Position numbers and translations under genes: made by a program. A stretch of 64,000 nucleotides of DNA from assembly GCA_048128005.1 (NCBI GenBank), contig JBEUKZ010000078.1:124001-188000 (forward strand), in the 5' to 3' direction. Below the pieces are notes generated by a model. It ran no database searches and was not told where the DNA came from. It was given only the letters and a program-made list of their open reading frames with translations. Positions 54,768-63,700 of the stretch are shown here, one piece after another. This DNA comes from Veleropilina oligotropha. Taxonomy: Eukaryota. Positions within the stretch are counted from its first letter, which is position 1. The number at the start of each line of letters is the position of its first letter.

Positions 54768-57700
54768 ATATATATAATATGGTGATGGGATATGTTTTAA
54801 TATATGTATATATATATGAGATTTATTTTAATATAAGTTGTATTGTAAACTTGATTCTTTGTATAATATGATCTCACATATATTTTTTATTTGATTGTAC
54901 GTAATAAATGTTTGATTTCTACAAAAAATTCACTTATTCTAATATAGTATGAAAGGAAAGATGGAAATTGGCGCGAAAACTTGGCGATAAAAATACTCCT
55001 TAAATTTGAACCCAATCTCCTGGAAAAAAAATGCAAACCTCCTGAAATGCAATCTTGGTTTCATCACATGTATGGAAATTTTGTAATGAAAGTTATATAC
55101 ACGACCTACAAATTACCTTGGGAATGCGTATGCCAATTTTCAGGCTAATTGGTTCAGTAGTTTTCGAGAAAATCAGCGGATATATATATATATATAAGTA
55201 TATACACACGGACCATTTGATAATGTCTTGTCCTTTTTTGTCAAAAAGGTCAAGACATAAAAAATAGAAATTTTCATACACATTGTGAAAATAATTAATG
55301 TATTCTCTGATAGCATTTGTATATAAATATACTAGTAAGACTATTTAAAATTATTACTGTATATATTATGCTTTAATGTAAAAATAAGTATTTTATTCAA
55401 GCTAAAATACATGAAATAGAAAAATGTATTGTAGTATCATACATTGAAAGAGTCTTAGACATATTTTTGCAGTGTGATGTATGAATCATGATGATATTGA
55501 AATCGCTCGCCTCGAGGATAAATTTCGATTTAAGTTGAGCTGTTATAGCTCGCCTCCGGTTTTACAAGACAATATTGTATTAGGAATGTGTCTTCCACCG
55601 GTTAAATCCGAGCTTTCCTCCCACAGTAATATATAGACATGTCCAGGTTTGACATAAATCTTGAATCTATTCATGGATTATCTAAAGAACAATATGTCGT
55701 GAAATTCCCAATTTGATGTTGTTACGTATAGAAATTCCCAATCACAGGGCTGGCAGCCCCAATTATTTTTCTGTGGAATCATCCCTGATGTTGTACATCA
55801 TTTATTGATTGATTTGTATATTGAAGATGCATAAATGACTCAGAGTTTGAAACATAATTATTTTCTCATTTCAAGGAAATGCGTCCACTCCAAGAAATAA
55901 CAACAGTTCAAGATTTGGAAAATATATTCAATTACAGTTACTCAGGTCTGTTCTGTTGTATCCCAATCCGCTCTTACTACCAAATATTTATTATTGTATC
56001 CCCGAAATTTAACATTTTGGGGATAGTATGGTTTAGGCATCGTTCAGCCGCTGCAGAGATTTTTTGTGTGCGCTCTTCCAGTGAAAGGTTCTAATCTGAT
56101 TTGATTCAAATTTGGTATGCACGTCAGTTATGATAAGGACACACCACCTAACGATTTACGTTGTTTTCGGATCCAAGATGGCCGCCACTGCTGCCATTTT
56201 GTTTGGAGAAATTTCTTGTGTGCGCTCTACAGTGAAAAGATTCATATTTGGTATGCACGTTTGTTATGATGAGGACATGCCGCCTAAATATTTTCGTCGT
56301 TTTCGGATCCAAGATGGCCACCATGGAGGCCATTTTGTATGACGAGAATTCTTGTGTGCACTCTACAGTGAAAAGTTATTATCCAATTTATTTCAAATTT
56401 GATATATATATGTTTGGTACGATGATAACACGTCGCATAATGATTTGCGTTGTTTTTGTATTCAAGATGGCCATCGTCGTAGCCATTTTGTTTGAAGAGA
56501 TTTACAGTGAAAAGTTCTAATCCGATTTGATTCAAATTCGGTATGCACATTAGTTATAATGAGGACACGCCACCTAACGATGTTTGCCATTTTCAGATTC
56601 AAGATGGCTGTCGTGGCAGCCATTTTGTTTGAACAGATTTCTTGTGTGCGCTCTACTGTGAATGGAGTTTTTATCTGATTGGTACGGTGAGGACACGACG
56701 CCTAGCGATTTTCACCATTTTCGTCGTTTTCAGATTTAAAAAATTGGCTTCCGATGGGAGGGGTTACATCCCCTCGACTTACGGGGTCGAGGATTCGCTA
56801 GTTCTTATGTGTAATCTACTCCATTTTGTAGACTTGTTAAGTTTTGGTTGATTCTGTTAAATACAATCTGAACTGGTATTAGGTGGTGCGTATTGTAAAA
56901 GAAAATCATATTGTAAAAAAAATCCTAGCGGGTATTTTTTAGGAATCACTCCCCTGGGGGTGAGGAATTTCGTGGGGTAGATATTCTTGGTACACCTATA
57001 ATACCCAGTTGGCATTCAAGATGATTGCCAGAGTGGGATGGGTAATTTTCTGAGAATCCACATATCTAAAGATACCGTTATGTATTTAAAGGGACAGGGT
57101 CTGCTTCTGATCGATAAATACTATTAAACACCATTTAATCTAACACGTTTTGTATGTATTCATTGTCTAAAGTTGGGATGGTTTACATATGACCACATTC
57201 TGGAAAAAAATTGGACATTTAATAAAAAGTTATTTTTATTTAAATTTTGATTAAAAGGCGTACGCTTTTTAATCAAAATTTAAATAAAAATCACTTTTTA
57301 TGAATTGTCCAATTCTTTTTCAGAATGTGGTAATATGTAAACCATCCCAACTTTAGACAATGAATACATATAGAAAGTGTTACATTAAATGGTGTTTAAT
57401 AGTATTTAGCGATCTGAAGCAGACCCTGTCCCTTTAAGTAAAAAGCTGCTGGACAGATATATGTGATATGTCAAAATATATAAGTTTATAACTGCCAAAG
57501 ATTGCAGTTTGAAACTTAAATTTAAATCATGATTTTAAATATGTTTGATACTCCATCCGATTCTGTGAAAACATTATTTGTGTTCACAAAATGGGAAAGT
57601 ATAACTGTTAAATTATTGTCCCCCGCCGCCTATCGGGGGGACATCGAATCCGCATTCGTGTGCCGTCCGTCTTTCTGTCCGTCCGTGCGTCTGTCCCGGA

Positions 57701-60700
57701 TTTTCCCACATATTTTTTTGCCATTTAGAGAAATGTGAGCTTTCCGAAACTTTACAGATGAACTAACCTTATCATTGGGTAGATCAAGTTCGTATATTGG
57801 AAATTTATTTTGAAAACTTCTGTTTTTTTAGCGACTTTTCGGAAATTTTGAACATAGTCTCTGGAAGCATAGATGTGGTATATTTCTCACATTTTTTTTT
57901 CATTTAGGGAAATGGGAGCTTTCCGAAACCTTACAGATGAACTAACCACATCATTGGGTAGATCAAGTTCGAATATTGGGAATATATTTTGCAAACTTTT
58001 GGCTTTTTAGCGAATTTTCGGTGAATTTGAACGTAGCCTCTGGAAGCATGGATATGGTCAATTTCTCACATTATTTTTTTCCATTTAGAGAAATACTAGC
58101 TTTCTGAAACTACAGATTTATGAACCACACCATTGGGTATATCAAGTTCGAATATTGTGAAATTATTTTTAAAACATTGGTTTTTTGGTGACTTTTCAGA
58201 ACTTTTGGACATAGTCTCTGGATGCATGGATGTGATTTTCTCACAATTTTTGTCTCGCCCGTAGGGAAAGAGACATAGGTAAATATTGCGTTTCCCCCTC
58301 CCCGGGCCCCCCCCCCCCAAAGTTTAATTATTGCGTTAAGGTTTTGCGTATTGATTCCAGATGATATATATATATCTTTCCACTACAATTGTAAACTTCA
58401 CTTGTATAAACCTGTTAAACATGTTAATCCTTCAGATTTGCTTCACCTCACCCTCACCTGTATAATGAAAGGGACATGTGCTTATCTGTAAGACTTGCTC
58501 ACTGCCAATAGGCACAGTAAGCTGTTAAGCTTAATGGTCACTCTTTGAAGCTGGGAAACTGGCTTCCCCACTGGTTTATTCCATGGGTATCTTGAGAAGA
58601 CAGTGTATATTGTCATTACAAGAACAGACTGTATCCAGTGTCTAATATCACTCTCTCCTCAGCTGTTCAAGGTTCAAGTCATTGTGTCCCTTGACAATAG
58701 GCCGGGATACTATGACTTTGTCATGGTTTAGTTGCTGCAAATATATTTTATCTCGAGTATATACCGTTTAGCGTTAATAATAAGATTTTGTCTTTATTTC
58801 TATTTCTCTGAAACTTCAAGTCTTACAATAACTAGATTAGGAACAGCACTGCATAGGTAGTACTTGTGAATTCTTGCTTTACAAACTGAAAATGTGGCCC
58901 CTTTCAAGGTAGCCGTGGTGGTTGAGACATATAATTCTGCAGAAATTCTTGTTTTCATATTGAGAATTTCTAGCTTTCTGAAACTTTACCGATCAATTAA
59001 TCACATCATTGGGTAGATCAAGTTCGAATATAGGGAATTTTGAAATTATTTGAAATTGACATTATTTGTTCAAATTATGAATCACAGTTGTCCATAACTG
59101 GTCCAACAGCCCTGGTCCAAGAGGGCGGGCTTTCCTCCCGCGATAATACGGACATGTCCTGGTTTGAACCTAAATAAGTTGTAAATATACAGGACAAGAA
59201 GCATTGATCCTTTCCTTTTTCCTTTTCGAATATGGGAATGTTTTTTTAAATTTATTGATTTTTTGGCGATTTTTTGCATAGTCTCTGCAAGCATGGATGT
59301 GGTAAATTTTCTCACATGCATTTATTTCATTTACAGAGATGCTAGCTTTCTGAAACTTTACAGATCAACTAACCCCATCATGGGGTAGATCTAGTTCAAA
59401 TATTGGGGATTTTTTGAAACCTTGATTAATTGATGAATTTAGTCTGATCTATGCATGTACATGAAAGTTATTAATTTTCTCACAACTAAATTTTCCATTT
59501 AAAGAAATGTTAGCTTTCTGAAACTTCACAGACCAACTAACCGCAATGTGATAATGGGATGGATAAAGTTCGAATAATGAGAATTATTTAATTTAATTGA
59601 AGTATTTACACTTTAAGTGTCTCTGGGTGCATATCTATCTCTGTATATATAGCCTCTGGTGGCAGGAAATCTTGCTTAATTAATGAATTCGCATTGAATA
59701 CACAGCTGGCTAAAATATATATGTGGTCAATAATACGGGTGGGGGACAATCGCCACTTAGTGGCAATCACTTGTTCTTCATGTATTGCCACAAAGAGCAA
59801 AATTTACCGACATATTGAACACCATTTTAACTTTTCATTGTTATTGTTTAGAAATGGCCAAATACAGGGAGCATCTATTGAGACTTATTTGTTGGAGAAG
59901 ACCAGAGTGGTCCATCAGTCGAAAGCAGAGTGCAACTTCCACATCTTTTACCAGGTATTTTGGTTATTTAGTATAAGCATCAGCTATAATTGCTTTAGTG
60001 TGACAGAATTGGTTTGATGGTTGCCATGATGCAATGCGTCATCAGGAATACATGTATTGGTATGCAAATTCATTCTGCAGTGGATCAGATGTTGCAAAAA
60101 TAATATGCTATTCTAAAGCATTGTAGGTAAGGTCTGTACATTTTTTTGGTTATAGTATTTTCCTTATAATATATTTTGTCAGTAAATATATGTGAAGTAC
60201 AATGTAACATGTGTATGGAATTTTTAGTATTTAATGCTTTTTAAATGATTTTCATTGTTACAACAAAATTAATAATATAAAATGTTGTGGCAGATCTGAT
60301 CTGACAGTATTCACTCTGTTGTCAGGACATCAATTTGATTTTTGACAAATTAAACTATTTTGAATATTGACTAATTGATCCACAAATAGAAATATGACAA
60401 TAATTGAATTTGTATATCGCTGATTCAGCTACTGGCTGGGTGTGATGGCCAAAATGTTCCTTCAAGTTTGAGGAGCCTGCAAAGTCTCCTGCAACAAGAT
60501 TTCAAAATTCTACCAAGAGCAGAAAGAAAAGAAAGTAAGTTTGGATCAATGGATTAAACAGAATTTGTTGTTACTGTTCAATCTAAGGGCTATTTCAGTA
60601 AAATATCTCGTTCACCCACTGACTCCAGGTATATATCGCTTCTATGGGTGGTCACAAAATATAGATAATTATTCTATTATTTTAATATTTTATTGGAATA

Positions 60701-63700
60701 GCCCTAATTTTAAATATGAAATTTTTGTCAGACTGATTGCTGAAGACGTTGGAATACAAAGCCAGACGTTGATTTGTGTTGTGAGACAGTGATTGTTTCA
60801 CGCTATTAGTTCGCAATGCATCATCCTTTCATTTTAAATGGCAGAGTTGTTAGCGCATAGTGATCTCTATAGACGCAGTAAAGTAATATATGAAAGCCCT
60901 ATAATAATGTTGGTCTGATCAGGTAGATATCTTAAACCAGGGTGGTCATAAAACCAACTGTTCCATCCTTACGACCACCATCTAATTTTGTCGTTTATCT
61001 CTTCGTCAGGAACTTTCCTGACACGATTTTTTTAACTGGATTTTGATGGCATGATTGCAATACAATCATTTTCCAAAGTAAGAAGTATATTTTCGAAATT
61101 ATGTAAGTATATTTTTTACTTACTATTATAACTTTTTATGAAACTAAAATTTCCTACGTTTCGGCCATTATCGAATGGCCTTGGTCACGTGATGTTTGCT
61201 CTTGCGTAACTGCTGCTCAGGAATCGTGTTGAGCACCTGGTGGTAGATGGCGGGCAGCTGATATCCCTGGTTTCTGTTCATAGATGGCGTGGCGTGCGGC
61301 GGATGATATGGATTGACTCTTTGATTTTCCGTTTGAGCCAGTTCTCCTCCCTTGCCAGAACCTTGGTGTTATCAATCGACACAGAGTGACCCGTAGCATT
61401 GCAGTGATCCCCAACTGCTGTGGGTGTGTCCAGGTTACGGTGTTCTTTAAACCTGGTGGCCAGAGTGCGTTTAGTCTCTCCTATGTATGTGTGGCTCGTA
61501 TCCTGGTCACATGTGCTGTTATATATGATGCCACACTGGTTTTCCTGGGGGTCTTGTCCTTTGAATGTACTAGATGAGATCTTAGGGTGTTAGTCGGCTT
61601 GTGGTAGTTGGTGATGCCATGTGATTTGAAGATACATGCGAGATGTTCAGACAATCCTTTGACATATGGTAAACCTATTACCGGGCCTCGATTTGTTTGT
61701 TCCTGGCGTGGCTCTTTTGGTTTCTGTTTTCACTGTGGTATGTTCATAGACCAAGGGGTGTAACCATTGGATGTCAGTGCCCCTGCTACATGGTTTAGCG
61801 CTTCTTGTTGGTCCTCTGGAGTTGTAACGTCATCTACTGCCAGATGCTCAACACGATTCCTGAGCAGCAGTTATGCAGGAGCAAACATCACGTGACCAGG
61901 GCCATTTGATAATGTCCGAAACGTCCGAAATTTTAGTTTCAAAAAACAGTTCTAAAAGTAAGTAAAAGTACCTACAATATCATCCTTTAGGACCATGAAC
62001 AATCTATTTTACAATGTAAGTATATATCTGACTTTCTAAACATGTTTTTCATATTTACTTTCAGATGATGCTGGTAACTTTCTGTCCACCCTCCATGCAC
62101 TAAAGAGCATCGGTTTGAGCGACTCTATGCACGAGGCGATATTTGAGGTAACAGCTATCCTGTGATGTTCAATTGTTATTAAACAGCTCTTGTCATTAAT
62201 GTCTGGCTGCACATGCCTCCAATTGAAGATTTACCTGCAAAATGTTTCTCATGAAGCCACAAGTTTTATAATATGTGAAACCTTAATTCATGATTCAACA
62301 GAACCCTTAATTCTTTGCATTCCTAGCATGAAAACTAAATCTCTCGGAGAACGTTGTTTTTCATTTGCTGCTCCAAGCCAATGGAACTCACTTCCTGTTG
62401 TTATTCGTTACATCGAAGATGCAGCAACTTTCAAAAGATCTCTCAAAACACACTTGTTCTGGAAACATTTCTCATAAACTGAAAATCTTGCATCTATCAA
62501 CCTTTTCCTATTTTGTGTCCAGTCAGCTGTGAAATATGTATCTCTTGTAAATGTATATTGTTTATCATTGTCTGTTTAAGTGTTCTGATTCAATCATTGT
62601 AAAGCGCAAAGTGCTAGAATCCTTTTCCTGATCTTGCGCTATATAAATCTCTCATTATTATTATTAATGATTGATTGATTATCGAAGTAGTGCAAACTAT
62701 TTTATTTACATTGGCAATGGTTTGGTTTCAATCATGTGATGTAAGATCAGAATGATTTAAAATGCAGGTTATCATGATTGTTGTGTGTCGCCATGGTAAT
62801 GTGTAGCATGCTTTTACTGTACAGGTTCTCACGGCGATCTTATACATGGGTAATGTGCGCTTTCAGTCAGTAGAAGACGAGACTAGTGACATTGATGAAG
62901 GTATGTGTTTAGTCTTATTTATTGTTCAAATTTGATATGAATTGCTCATTCGTGCCCTTCAATTAGATTCTTGACCAATTTTTTTTCTGCTGAAATCTCG
63001 AATTTCAAGCAGAAAATCTGTTTAATTCTGTTATAACCGATTCATATCATACTTCTCAAATAATGACTATTGCATGGCTTTTATAGTAATTACTAGTTGC
63101 ATCTAGTACATGTTAGTCGCTATTTGATGCTTGTATTACTTTTTATCCGTTCGTTGTTTACAGACGATTCTGATCTGGCTAACTCGACATTTGTTGAACT
63201 GCAAGGTACAAACATGAACATCTATCGTAGAGTTAGAGTAAAAGCATGACCTCCTTAATTCAAAATAAATATAGCATAACATTTTTTTCATTTCTTTGTT
63301 TTATTTATTGTATGCATGTGTATTAAATTTGTTACAAAATTACAAGTTTTGTTATTGAATACATTGATGCAACAAATTGTTGAATACGACATGGTTTTAT
63401 TACCACATATTATTGAGTAGTAGTTGTTTATTACTTCTGTTTGCAATGTCTTTCCTCTTTTAGCAGCATGTTATCTGTAACTTGTAAGGGTATTGTTCAT
63501 AAATGTTGTTCAATGTAAGCCTGTGTTAGATCCACCTCAGACTTCTTGACTGTGTGGCATTGACGTATCATAATTCAACAGATATACTGTACTGCAAATT
63601 ATTCGGAATTCAGATTGCTTCATCCATATCAGTATCATGGATATATCCCTTCGTGGTCCGCCATTGGTGATTATGAGATGCAAGTTTTATCAGTTTTGTT

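Larger units (their letters stand above)
47380..55787. mobile_element. hAT-like (hAT5-type?) non-autonomous element with 5-bp TSD, expanded by nested insertions
   Basis: Perfect 12-bp TIR cagggatgattc / gaatcatccctg, each flanked by atgtt. Confidence 0.6.
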
